A stretch of DNA of 43,037 bases from an uncultured Desulfurococcaceae archaeon (GTDB lineage: Archaea > Thermoproteota > Thermoprotei_A > Sulfolobales > Desulfurococcaceae), in contig CAYXOO010000001.1 in the NCBI GenBank assembly GCA_964466845.1, positions 9,540 through 52,576 on the forward strand. Direction: 5' to 3'. The notes beneath the pieces are model-generated. The model searched no databases, was not told where the DNA came from, and saw nothing but the letters and a program-made list of their open reading frames with translations. Shown piece after piece: positions 26,798 through 36,173 of the stretch. The first letter of the stretch is position 1, and each line of letters opens with the position of its first letter. The translations under genes were made by a program, and so were the position numbers.

Positions 26798-27370
26798 CTA
26801 GTCACCCTTTTCTATCCTAAGGGTTTTAAGCCAGCCAACAAGTATTTCTCTCAACATCCTATACAGTATCCTCTCTTCTTCACTAAGACACATATAGACC
26901 TCTTGTGGTATCTCGATTGGTATGAGTTGTGTGATCTTCTTTACACGTGCTTTACCAATCCTTAGTAGGTAGTCTTCATACTTCTGTATATCAAGTAGTA
27001 GTCTAGTGTCTCGTTCTCTCTCTAGTCTCTCATAGAGCCCATCAATCTCATACCCTACTATGTGGTAGAAGTACTGTGGTGTCTTACTGAATTCTATACC
27101 CTTCCTACTAGATTCTTCACTATAGGCTATCTTAGCTAGTTTCTCTAGATCAACTGGTTTGTCCTTAAACTCTACATAGCCTCTACGATACAATTCTACA
27201 GCTATCCATCTAGGAAGGTTGTATTCACTACCCTTTGTAAGCTCTATAACACCCTCTGGTATATAGATAGGGCCTATATCCTCTACAACAATAACCCTGA
27301 CTAGCTCTTCCTCAAAATCCCGGTAGACAAGCCCCATATACATAGACAATAGCTTCTCTAAAACACCCAT
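26798..27370 (-). CDS. GINS complex subunit (Gins23-type inferred from position directly upstream of mcm)
   Basis: 190 aa containing the NLPRWIAVELYRRGYVEF motif typical of archaeal GINS. It lies 34 nt upstream of mcm on the same strand, like the Sulfolobus gins23-mcm arrangement. Confidence 0.55.
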   Translation of the reverse strand: MGVLEKLLSMYMGLVYRDFEEELVRVIVVEDIGPIYIPEGVIELTKGSEYNLPRWIAVELYRRGYVEFKDKPVDLEKLAKIAYSEESSRKGIEFSKTPQYFYHIVGYEIDGLYERLERERDTRLLLDIQKYEDYLLRIGKARVKKITQLIPIEIPQEVYMCLSEEERILYRMLREILVGWLKTLRIEKGD

Positions 27371-27404
27371 TCTACAGCCACACTATACATAGCCTCTACA
27401 CTAA

Positions 27405-27414
27405 CTGTATACAG
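27405..27414. promoter_or_regulatory. 10-bp perfect palindrome CTGTATACAG in the divergent gins / rfcS intergenic region
   Basis: Read directly from the sequence, 35-44 nt upstream of the gins ATG. GTATAC recurs at 27553-27558 just upstream of the rfcS ATG. It may be a TATA/BRE element or an operator. Confidence 0.3.
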
Positions 27415-27562
27415 TACACTAGTGCTTTAATACTCTATGGTACAAGACAAGATGCAGGCTATACATGGTATTGTTTAGCAACAAACTTTATTTCACAACA
27501 AACCAACATAGTATCCATAGAAGGGAAGAATATAGAGTCTGGACACCAATGGTGTATACAAT

Positions 27563-29893
27563 ATGTCGTCTAGAGAAGTTCTAGCTGAACTCCTCTGGGC
27601 TGAGAAATACAGACCACGTAGACTAGATGAGATGGTAAACCAAGAAGAAGTTGTTAAGAGGCTAAAGAAGTTTGTAGAAGAAAAGAATATGCCACACCTA
27701 TTATTCGCTGGACCACCAGGTACTGGTAAGACAACAGCTGCACACTGTCTAGCATACGATTTGTATGGAGAAGGCTATCAGAGATACATGTTAGAGCTAA
27801 ACGCTTCTGTCTCTAAGGATACACCAGTACTTGTTAGGATCAAGGGTGTTGTACGTAGAGTTAGGTTTAGTGATTTAGACAAGATATACTTTAGTGATGA
27901 GAGTAGAGTCTATAGATTTGATGATGGAGAGTATGTTAAGGTAGATGATCTAGAGGTACTAACTGTTAATAAGGAGACTGGTAGAGTAGAATGGGCTAAA
28001 GCATCATGGATTATAAGACATAAAGCACCCTACATACTAAGAATACGTGTTAAAGGTGGTGGTGTTCTAGAGCTTACTGGTAACCACTCTATAATAGTAA
28101 TTGGTGAAGATGGCTCATTAGTTGAGAAGAAGGCGAGTGAGTTAAGAGCTGGAGACTACATACTTTCCTTTGTAACAAAGCTTCCAGGTAAGAGGCTAAG
28201 TATCGATCTATCAGAGCATATAGTAAGAGATCATTCAAGGATAAAAGCTGATAGAAACATAGCTATTGATCCAGAGTTCTCATGGCTTCTAGGACTATAT
28301 GTTGCTGAAGGAGCAGTTGGTTTTAGTACCAGTAGTAGTGGGCTAAAGACTTCAGGTCAAGTAGTGTTAACACTTAGTTATCCATGTGAGAAGGAAATCT
28401 TAGAGAAGGTAGTGGATATAGCTAGTAGACACTGTATACCAGTATACTCCAATCTTACTACATCAGGATTTGATAGGAGCAGGTATACTTCACAACAAGT
28501 AAGACTACTATATACTGCTCTAGCTAGGTATATCAGGAAAGAATTCTATGATGGAGTAACAAGAGCTAGGTATAAGAGAGTACCATGGATAGCCTATGAA
28601 CTAGATCTGTTGGCTAGAGAGTATTTCTTAAGAGGAATAGCTATTGGAGACGGCTATGGTAGGTGGGGTAGTGTTGTTAGGATAACAAGTGTTTCTAGAG
28701 AATTACTAGTTGATATTGCATGGCTTGCTAGAATAACTGGTGTTGAGTCGTCAATCTACGATAGAGAAGTAAGACTTATATGGAAGGCTGGTATGAAGTA
28801 TAAGAAGTCAGATCTAGTAGTAGCTAAGCCCTTCATAGAGTTCTTCAATAGAGTATCTAGTGCAGTAAAGACTAACTGGAGATACATTTTAAGACACCAG
28901 CTATATAGTGGTAGAGAGACAGTTAGTAAGGAGAAGCTATTAGAGATACTAGAAAGTATAGATACCAGTAGACTAAGTGATCGTGAGAAGAGAGTCTATA
29001 AGAACCTACTATGGCTTGTAAAATCAGATCTCCATGTACTCAAGATAGTTGATATAGAGGTTATAGAGTATAACGACTATGTATACGATATAGCAGTACC
29101 TGGTAACAACATGTTCTTTGCTGGAGAGATACCAGTATTGCTCCACAACTCTGATGAACGTGGTATAGATGTTATTCGTAGTAAGGTTAAGGAGTTTGCT
29201 CGTACACGTGTTCCTGGTGAGATACCTTTTAAGATTATATTGCTTGATGAAGCTGATAATATGACTGCTGATGCTCAGCAGGCTTTACGTAGGCTTATGG
29301 AGTTGTTTACTGTTAATACAAGGTTTATACTTATAGCTAACTATCCAAGCAAGATTATTGAGCCTATACAGAGTCGTTGTGCAGTATTCCGTTTCACTCC
29401 ATTGAAGAAAGAGGATGTAGTGGGTAGGCTTAAGTGGATTGCTGAACAAGAAGGTGTAGAGTATGATCTAAAGGCTTTAGAGACGATCTATGATATTAGT
29501 GAGGGTGATATGAGGAGAGCTATCAATGTATTACAAGCAGCTGCTGCTCTAGGTAAAGTAACTGTTGATGCAGTATACAAGGTTGTAGGACTAGCTCATC
29601 CAAGAGAAGTTAGAGAAATGCTAAAGCTTGCATTGGATGGCAGGTTTGAGGAGGCACGGAATAAGCTTAGAGAACTTATGATAAACTATGGATTATCTGG
29701 TCTAGACATTATAAAGCAGATACACCGTGAGATATTTAGTGGAGAACTAAAACTACCTGATGAGTATAGGGTATTGATTGCAGATTATGCTGGTGAGATA
29801 CAGTATCGTCTAGTAGAAGGTGCTGATGACGAGATACAATTGAGTGCATTCCTAGCTAGACTAGTATTTCTTGGACGTAAGTTTAAGGTGTAA
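27563..29893 (+). CDS. rfcS: Replication factor C small subunit precursor carrying one intein (extein sum 328 aa)
   Basis: [20 protein letters not shown]|[18 protein letters not shown] and the SRC motif (QSRCAVFRF). Confidence 0.95.
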   Translation: MSSREVLAELLWAEKYRPRRLDEMVNQEEVVKRLKKFVEEKNMPHLLFAGPPGTGKTTAAHCLAYDLYGEGYQRYMLELNASVSKDTPVLVRIKGVVRRVRFSDLDKIYFSDESRVYRFDDGEYVKVDDLEVLTVNKETGRVEWAKASWIIRHKAPYILRIRVKGGGVLELTGNHSIIVIGEDGSLVEKKASELRAGDYILSFVTKLPGKRLSIDLSEHIVRDHSRIKADRNIAIDPEFSWLLGLYVAEGAVGFSTSSSGLKTSGQVVLTLSYPCEKEILEKVVDIASRHCIPVYSNLTTSGFDRSRYTSQQVRLLYTALARYIRKEFYDGVTRARYKRVPWIAYELDLLAREYFLRGIAIGDGYGRWGSVVRITSVSRELLVDIAWLARITGVESSIYDREVRLIWKAGMKYKKSDLVVAKPFIEFFNRVSSAVKTNWRYILRHQLYSGRETVSKEKLLEILESIDTSRLSDREKRVYKNLLWLVKSDLHVLKIVDIEVIEYNDYVYDIAVPGNNMFFAGEIPVLLHNSDERGIDVIRSKVKEFARTRVPGEIPFKIILLDEADNMTADAQQALRRLMELFTVNTRFILIANYPSKIIEPIQSRCAVFRFTPLKKEDVVGRLKWIAEQEGVEYDLKALETIYDISEGDMRRAINVLQAAAALGKVTVDAVYKVVGLAHPREVREMLKLALDGRFEEARNKLRELMINYGLSGLDIIKQIHREIFSGELKLPDEYRVLIADYAGEIQYRLVEGADDEIQLSAFLARLVFLGRKFKV
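27806..29149 (+). mobile_element. RFC small subunit intein (448 aa, residues 82-529) with a LAGLIDADG homing endonuclease
   Basis: Starts [14 protein letters not shown], block B is TGNH, and it ends EIPVLLHN|S. LAGLIDADG motifs are [13 protein letters not shown] and [13 protein letters not shown]. It is inserted in ELNA|SDERG. Confidence 0.9.
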
Positions 29894-29895
29894 AG

Positions 29896-31173
29896 ATGGC
29901 TAAGAGGATACCATGGACTATAAAGTATAGGCCTAAGAGAATAGCAGACTTTGTAGACCAGGATAAGGCTAAGAAAGAATTCCTACTATGGCTTAGACAA
30001 TGGCTTAGTGGTAAACCAGAGAAGAAAGCAGCACTACTCCATGGACCAGCTGGTTGTGGTAAGACTAGTTTGGTAGAAGCAGCTGCGCACGAGTACAATC
30101 TAGAGCTTGTAGAGATGAATGCTAGTGATTTCCGTAGGAAGAAGGATATTGAGAGAATAGCAGTTGTAGCAGCTAGTCAGCGTAGCCTATTCTCAAGAGG
30201 CAAGATAATACTCCTTGATGAAGTAGATGGTATATCTGGTCTAGCTGATCGTGGTGCTCTAGAGGCTATACTACACCTTATAGAAATCAGTAAATACCCA
30301 GTAGTAATGACAGCTAATGACCCATGGGACCCCAAGCTTAGACCCCTACGTGATGCATGTGTCCTTATAGGATTTAACAGACTTAGTGAAGCACATGTAG
30401 AGATTGTTTTAAAGCGTATATGTAGCTTGGAGAAGATAGAGTGTAGTGATGAAGCAATAAAAGCTATTGCTAGACGTAGTAGTGGTGACTTACGTAGTGC
30501 TATAAACGATCTACAGGCTATAGCTGAAGGCTATGGACGTGTAACAGTTGATCTAGTACAGAACATCCTAGGCTATCGCTACCGTGAATACAACCCATTC
30601 GAAGCAATAAGGAATCTATTCAACTCCAAGTACCTATGGCAGGCAAAAGCAGCTATTACACAGACAACACTAGACTATGATACATTGATTGAATGGATAA
30701 ATGAGAACATACCGAGATTCTATAGTGATCCAGAGGAGCTATGGAGAGCATATGAGGCTTTGAGCCGTGCAGATGTATACCTTGGTAGGATTAGGAGGAG
30801 GGGTAGATGGGATCTACTATCCTATGTATTCGACATGGCTGGTCCTGGGATAGCTATTGCTCGTCGTGTATACAAGTATAGGAGGTTTGTAAAACTACAG
30901 TTTCCACAGAAGATAAGCATGCTTGCTAAGACTAAGAAGACACGTGAGATTAGGGAGGGTATTGCTAAACTCCTTGCATCAAGACTACTAACTTCTAGAG
31001 CTACAGTAAAAGCTGATGTACTACCGTATCTACAGGCTATATTCCGTGTAAACCCAGAGTATGCTGCACGTATAGCTCTAGGCTATGGGTTTACAGATGA
31101 GATGGTGAAATACCTAGCTGGTCCACGTGCTAGTGAGGTATTTATGTATCTTAGGAAGTACTCAAAGAGATAA
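29896..31173 (+). CDS. rfcL: Replication factor C large subunit
   Basis: [35 protein letters not shown] and [11 protein letters not shown]. It starts 2 nt after the rfcS stop. Confidence 0.9.
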   Translation: MAKRIPWTIKYRPKRIADFVDQDKAKKEFLLWLRQWLSGKPEKKAALLHGPAGCGKTSLVEAAAHEYNLELVEMNASDFRRKKDIERIAVVAASQRSLFSRGKIILLDEVDGISGLADRGALEAILHLIEISKYPVVMTANDPWDPKLRPLRDACVLIGFNRLSEAHVEIVLKRICSLEKIECSDEAIKAIARRSSGDLRSAINDLQAIAEGYGRVTVDLVQNILGYRYREYNPFEAIRNLFNSKYLWQAKAAITQTTLDYDTLIEWINENIPRFYSDPEELWRAYEALSRADVYLGRIRRRGRWDLLSYVFDMAGPGIAIARRVYKYRRFVKLQFPQKISMLAKTKKTREIREGIAKLLASRLLTSRATVKADVLPYLQAIFRVNPEYAARIALGYGFTDEMVKYLAGPRASEVFMYLRKYSKR

Positions 31174-31177
31174 AGAG

Positions 31178-31873
31178 CTATAGACTATACTCTATAAACC
31201 AGTCTATATACCCTCTATAGTTTTTTATAAGATAGAATGGCTTAACATAGCTATTAGCTTCTAAAAACCACTCTAGCAAGTCTCTATATACAACTCTAGT
31301 ATATGGATAATCTACTCTATACAACACCAGGTTGTATGGTGGAGCTAGTCTCCTATAACGTATTATACAAGACACTATCCTCCTAATCTCATGCTTCCTA
31401 AAACTAACTGATTTAAACAATAACATTGTTTCTCCATTAAAGACTATTTGTCTACAGATAATATCTCTCCTAACACTACTAGTACACACCATGATCCTGT
31501 CACGTTCATACATTCTACCATGGCCTAAGTAGTAGATGTATGTACGTGTAATAGCCCAGTATCTAGCATTAAAATCCCATGGAGTACCAGCTATGTATCC
31601 ATAAGCCACTATATCCGGTGCTAGAGACTCATTTATAGCATTAACTACATCATCTACTGGGACACTCCATCTTGTCATAAAGGATATTACTTGGCCTATA
31701 GCATGTACACCCTTGTCAGTCCTACTAGCAGAACTATAGCCTACACTCTTACATGAGAACCCCTTGTCTATAAAACCGTGTCTAACCAGTACCTCCTCAA
31801 TACAGCCCTCAATAGTCTTTAAACCAGGTTGTCTCTGGAATCCATGGAATCTAGACCCGTTGTATGCTATCAA
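31178..31873 (-). CDS. truA: tRNA pseudouridine(38-40) synthase TruA/Pus-like
   Basis: IAYNGSRFHGFQRQPG and the catalytic SRTDKGVHAIGQV. The TTG start overlaps the upstream TGA (TTGA), and the N-terminus is short for the family. Confidence 0.85.
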   Translation of the reverse strand: MIAYNGSRFHGFQRQPGLKTIEGCIEEVLVRHGFIDKGFSCKSVGYSSASRTDKGVHAIGQVISFMTRWSVPVDDVVNAINESLAPDIVAYGYIAGTPWDFNARYWAITRTYIYYLGHGRMYERDRIMVCTSSVRRDIICRQIVFNGETMLLFKSVSFRKHEIRRIVSCIIRYRRLAPPYNLVLYRVDYPYTRVVYRDLLEWFLEANSYVKPFYLIKNYRGYIDWFIEYSL

Positions 31874-32094
31874 TAGTGTCTTACGTTCTCCCCCAATAGC
31901 CTCCCCTTAAGCCTAAACAGTCTTAGTCTACCAAATCTACGTTCTTCAACAAGGCCTAGTTCAACTAGTTCCTCTAGTTTCTTCAATGTAGTCCTATAGC
32001 CTAGTCCAGATAGTCTAGAGATACGAGTAATATTCATTTCACCATGTCTACGTAGTATATCTATTATCCTATAGTGTTCACGTGTTAGACTCAA
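31870..32094 (-). CDS. 74-aa winged helix-turn-helix protein (ArsR/MarR-like fold), function unknown
   Basis: HYRIIDILRRHGEMNITRISRLSGLGYRTTLKKLEELVELGLVEER followed by a beta-wing (RFGRLRLFRL). The TTG start overlaps the orc1 TGA stop. Confidence 0.6.
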   Translation of the reverse strand: MSLTREHYRIIDILRRHGEMNITRISRLSGLGYRTTLKKLEELVELGLVEERRFGRLRLFRLKGRLLGENVRHY

Positions 32095-33329
32095 AGCCTT
32101 ACAGCACCAGGTTTCCTCTTAGCAATAAGGTCTACAACAAACTTCTCTAATACATCCAGTGGACCATACTTTATACTCAACAACGTTGTCCTACCACGGA
32201 ATCCCTTACCACTAACTCTTGCATCAATAATAGCTGCTCTACGTAGATTCATAACATACTCATATACCTGCGTATGTCTCCGTGGCTGTTCACCGATAGT
32301 CTCACATAGTACAGCGTACTCCCTCTCAACATCACCTATCTTAACATATGGTTCACCAGATGATCTAAGCAATCTAATAGTAGCTAGTAGTATCAATAGC
32401 TCATGGAGTGGTAGATAGTATATCGCCTCAGATATATTGATTATATCAGGACTTGTACTACCAATAGCCTTTCTAGCATGCTCTATAGTGACCCTCATAG
32501 AACCCTCTTTCTCAGCTGCTTCACCAGCTAGTAGTAATAGCTCTATAGCAAACCTTGCATTACCATCACCATTCTTATCAACACCAACTGTTTCTGCAAT
32601 ATACTTGTATACATCATCGTCAACAACTCCCTCGTAGAATGCTTGGCTAGCACGATACACTAGTATATCGTATAACTCACTAGATGTATATGGGTTACAC
32701 TTTATTATATGCTTCAACAAATAACTCTCTGTAGCACTATCAAGTAGTGAAAGACTAGCTGTATCACGTGTTATGAATATAAAGTTTATTCTCTTAACCA
32801 TATCAGCGTGTTCATCATATGTTCTTACAAGGAAGTATACTGCATCACTACCAGCTATTTTAGCGAAATAGTCGAATTCATCAAGAGCTATTATAGCATA
32901 AGTATTTGTCTCATCAAGGTGGCTGAGTATTGCAGAATACATCTCTTGTGGAGAAAGCCCACGTTGTGGAAGCTGTATATTGAGTTGTCTAGCAATCTCT
33001 AGTATAACATTGTTTAGACTCCTATTCCTATGACAATTAACATGTACATATGCTAGATTGATATGTTGTTGACGAGCTATCCTTGTGAAGTCCCTACCAA
33101 AAATCCTTGCAGTTGCTGTCTTACCAGTACCTACACGTCCTATAATCAATACTTTCTGTGAGAAACTACCCGGGCTTGTAATAAGGTGTCTAAAGTATGA
33201 TACTAGTTCTCTAATCTGTGGTTCACGATGAGGTAGTTTATCTGGTAGAAACTCTGGAGCTAGACTCTCTTTAGCCTTAAATATACTTGGCTTACTAAGC
33301 TCTTCCCTAATGATCTCCCAGGACACCAT
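32091..33329 (-). CDS. orc1: Orc1/Cdc6 replication initiator
   Basis: FLPDKLPHREPQIRELV, Walker A GRVGTGKTATAR, Walker B ALDEFD, and a C-terminal winged helix. Confidence 0.93.
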   Translation of the reverse strand: MVSWEIIREELSKPSIFKAKESLAPEFLPDKLPHREPQIRELVSYFRHLITSPGSFSQKVLIIGRVGTGKTATARIFGRDFTRIARQQHINLAYVHVNCHRNRSLNNVILEIARQLNIQLPQRGLSPQEMYSAILSHLDETNTYAIIALDEFDYFAKIAGSDAVYFLVRTYDEHADMVKRINFIFITRDTASLSLLDSATESYLLKHIIKCNPYTSSELYDILVYRASQAFYEGVVDDDVYKYIAETVGVDKNGDGNARFAIELLLLAGEAAEKEGSMRVTIEHARKAIGSTSPDIINISEAIYYLPLHELLILLATIRLLRSSGEPYVKIGDVEREYAVLCETIGEQPRRHTQVYEYVMNLRRAAIIDARVSGKGFRGRTTLLSIKYGPLDVLEKFVVDLIAKRKPGAVRL

Positions 33330-33395
33330 AAGTTTCAGCCCACTCTCTAGTCTATAGACTCCATTAGACTATATCAGTATTTAAAACGTCATACT

Positions 33396-33893
33396 CTAAT
33401 GTACACGATCCTCTCTATTACCGAGTACTGCTATACCAAATAATTCACCAATAGACTCTACGTATATACACATACCAGATCTATTGTCAACACGTATACC
33501 TTTCTCCAACAACTCCTTCTTAAGCATACTATATAGTCTAGAACTAAGTCCGCGTAATCCACGGACACGTATTCTAAGACAAATGCTATCAAGTGATCCC
33601 GTGTTAGATACATGTTTATAGAGTAGCTCTATAGCTTTAGACACAATAGCCTCTAGATCAGCACCAGCTATAGCCTCTAGGAAAGGTACAACTCTCTCAA
33701 CAAAACCATATTCGCTAGACTTTATAATCCTAAAGGCCTCCATAGGATCAAGTCTTGTCTCCAACAATACAACACCTTTAAACACAGTCTCTCTAAATAC
33801 AATAGACTGATCATAAGGATACAGTACATTCCCTATCTCTTCAATACAACGCTCCACATTACCTGGTCTACAGGTTATAAGTACTAGTGTCAT
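33396..33893 (-). CDS. Stand-alone THUMP-domain RNA-binding protein (COG1818-like)
   Basis: 165 aa. The N-terminal ferredoxin-like region (LVLITCRPGNVERCIEEI) and C-terminal THUMP-like half resemble the archaeal COG1818 family. No catalytic domain is attached. Confidence 0.55.
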   Translation of the reverse strand: MTLVLITCRPGNVERCIEEIGNVLYPYDQSIVFRETVFKGVVLLETRLDPMEAFRIIKSSEYGFVERVVPFLEAIAGADLEAIVSKAIELLYKHVSNTGSLDSICLRIRVRGLRGLSSRLYSMLKKELLEKGIRVDNRSGMCIYVESIGELFGIAVLGNREDRVH

Positions 33894-33900
33894 AAGCTAT

Positions 33901-34167
33901 TCAACCACCGGGGACAAGAGGTATAAAGACAGCCTCATCTCCATCAACAAGCTCTAGGTCTTTAGATACACTAACTCCATTAACAAGGACGCTTACCTTA
34001 GAATCCATAGCCCCTATACCAGGTAAGTACTTATCAAATACCCTATATTTCCTCTTAATCTCTCTAACAAGACCACTTAGTCTAGAACCACTAAACTCTA
34101 TAGTCTCCTCACTAACACCAACTCTATCCATAAGCCACAACAGATACTTCACCCTAACAACAACCAA
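33901..34167 (-). CDS. MoaD/ThiS-family ubiquitin-like beta-grasp protein with C-terminal Gly-Gly
   Basis: 88 aa ending ...DGDEAVFIPLVPGG directly before the stop codon, with a VLVNG motif. It ends 7 nt upstream of the THUMP gene. Confidence 0.7.
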   Translation of the reverse strand: MVVVRVKYLLWLMDRVGVSEETIEFSGSRLSGLVREIKRKYRVFDKYLPGIGAMDSKVSVLVNGVSVSKDLELVDGDEAVFIPLVPGG

Positions 34168-34294
34168 TTACAACACCCCTCCTACACCTATACCTCTAGA
34201 CCACCATCTATGAAACAATGGGTTGTAGAGAATAAAAGCTATTAGCTATAGAACTAGTTTATCCAGAATAGACAACCCTAGGAAAAGATAGCGT

Positions 34295-34465
34295 ATGGTG
34301 GCTAGATTGAAGCTTAAATGCCCAAAGTGTGGGTTTGTATTTGATATAACTTATTCACGTATAGTATCGTGTAGAGGCTGTCCATCAGCAGTATTCGGTA
34401 ACTGTGGATACGTTAGATGTCCTAAGTGTGGATACGAGTTCCCATATAGATCATCTTCTTTCTAG
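34295..34465 (+). CDS. Unannotated 56-aa zinc-ribbon protein with 8 Cys
   Basis: My translation is MVARLKLKCPKCGFVFDITYSRIVSCRGCPSAVFGNCGYVRCPKCGYEFPYRSSSF. It has CPKC...CRGC...C..C..CPKC knuckles. It is below the ORF-track length cutoff and overlaps the convergent symporter 3' end by 15 nt. Confidence 0.55.
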   Translation: MVARLKLKCPKCGFVFDITYSRIVSCRGCPSAVFGNCGYVRCPKCGYEFPYRSSSF

Positions 34466-35899
34466 CTCTTTAGACAATAGTATCCCTAGTAACAGTATAG
34501 TTGTTGATACAACTAGTATCCATAGTGAAGCCGGTATTCTAAGAAATGTCACCATAAATGCTTTCTTAGGCCCATAAGCTATTGCTGTATAAAGGCCTAT
34601 GGCTAAACCAGCTATTATTGATGCTATAGCTGTAGTTCCTCTACCTCTTGTAGTCTCTGGCTTAAGCCATGCTGCTATGGTGACTGGTGCTAGTGGTAGT
34701 AATAGAACACTTGATAGTACTGATAGTTCTACAACAAAACCTGGTTTAAACCATGCAGTAACAGTTACCATGGTAACAAGTACTATTAGTACAATATATG
34801 TTACACTAGATACTCTCCTACCACTATAGCCTACGATATCTCTAGATGCAGTACTGGCTAATGTCAGTATTATAGAGTCTAGTGTAGACACAGCAGCTGC
34901 TACAATACTTACAGATACTACAGCACTAAGCACTGGTGGTGCTATGGATAATAGCTTTGGTGTAACCAAGTCACGGTTGCCCGGGTCTATGGATGGGAAT
35001 AGATTGTTTAGAGACAAGGCTCTAGTATACAACCCTACAAGTGTAACAACTACTGTATAGAATAAACCGAATAACCCGAAATACTTTATCATCCTCTCTA
35101 AAGCCTTCTTGTCACGAGGCATATACATTCTCTGTACAACCTGTGGGTTAGTGACTGCAAAGAATATCCATGGTATAGTGAATGCTATGAATACTTCTGG
35201 TTTGCTCCATATACTCGTTAGCCCTAGATAGCCTTCTCTACTAAGGCTAGCTGTAAGGGAGCCTATGTCTACACCCTTGGATGGTATGAGTGATAGTGTT
35301 AACCAGAGGATTAGTAGTGTTGACGAGAATAGCATCCATATACCCTGGTAGGTATCTGTTGTTGCAACACTCCATATACCAGCTACTACTATCCATAGGA
35401 AGACAATAGCTGCTGTAAACAATACACCAGTATAGTAGCCTAGCCCTAACCCCTCAAATAGCTTTCCAAGTCCAACTGCCTGTGCTGTAGCATATGGTAC
35501 CAATGCTACCAAGTAGAGTACTGCTATAACTAGAGCTAGTGTTCTAGACCCGTATAGGTCTCCGATCATTTCTGATGGACTAACCCATTTCCTCTCTCTA
35601 GCCATACTCCATACCTTTGGAGAGAATATTGTTAGGAGAAATATTGTTACGAGTAGATACAGTAGTTCAAAACCATATGCTCCAACACCAGTAGCATAGA
35701 CAAAACCTACAAGACCTATCATCATAAAAGCACTATATGTTGTAGCAGCATATGTCATAGCAGCTAGGAATCCTCCAAGCCTATAGCCTGCTACATAGTA
35801 GTCTTCTATACTCTCAACACCATACCTCCTAGAAAAAACAGCTATAACTGTACCCACTAGGAAATAGGCTATAAGCACAGCTATGAATACAGCTAGCAT
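34451..35899 (-). CDS. Sodium:solute symporter family (SSS; PutP/PanF-like) transporter
   Basis: About 12-13 TM helices and the N-terminal signature YYVAGYRLGGFLAAMTYAATTYSAFMMIG. Confidence 0.85.
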   Translation of the reverse strand: MLAVFIAVLIAYFLVGTVIAVFSRRYGVESIEDYYVAGYRLGGFLAAMTYAATTYSAFMMIGLVGFVYATGVGAYGFELLYLLVTIFLLTIFSPKVWSMARERKWVSPSEMIGDLYGSRTLALVIAVLYLVALVPYATAQAVGLGKLFEGLGLGYYTGVLFTAAIVFLWIVVAGIWSVATTDTYQGIWMLFSSTLLILWLTLSLIPSKGVDIGSLTASLSREGYLGLTSIWSKPEVFIAFTIPWIFFAVTNPQVVQRMYMPRDKKALERMIKYFGLFGLFYTVVVTLVGLYTRALSLNNLFPSIDPGNRDLVTPKLLSIAPPVLSAVVSVSIVAAAVSTLDSIILTLASTASRDIVGYSGRRVSSVTYIVLIVLVTMVTVTAWFKPGFVVELSVLSSVLLLPLAPVTIAAWLKPETTRGRGTTAIASIIAGLAIGLYTAIAYGPKKAFMVTFLRIPASLWILVVSTTILLLGILLSKELERR

Positions 35900-36078
35900 T
35901 ACTTCTCACCATGACTCTTTAGATAAGCTATTGATAATAGAAACTCTATAACTACGACTAGAAACCAGAACAATAGAAGTTCAAAACCCCTAGCATTATA
36001 GAGTATTGTATAGGGTATGATATAGGCTATTAGTACAAGGAGTAAGCTAGCTATAGCATATGTCTTCCTAGACAACAC
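35899..36078 (-). CDS. Unannotated 59-aa two-TM membrane protein, putative small subunit of the SSS symporter
   Basis: GTG start; VLSRKTYAIASLLLVLIAYIIPYTILYNARGFELLLFWFLVVVIEFLLSIAYLKSHGEK. Its TAA stop overlaps the symporter ATG (TAATG). It is analogous to the small partners of PanF-type symporters (DUF3311/YhdT class). Confidence 0.5.
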   Translation of the reverse strand: MLSRKTYAIASLLLVLIAYIIPYTILYNARGFELLLFWFLVVVIEFLLSIAYLKSHGEK

Positions 36079-36173
36079 AGCCTCATCAACTCAAAACATC
36101 TATTCTGAGCCAAACCTATTCTAACAAGCTAATACTATTTAAAGTTTATTAAATACATTATAAGAGAGATAGA

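Noticed and set aside
33330-33395. Possible replication origin immediately upstream of orc1/cdc6.
   Set aside because: The spacer is only 66 bp. It has no ORB-like dyads, no repeated elements and no extended AT-rich unwinding tract, so it looks like an ordinary promoter spacer.
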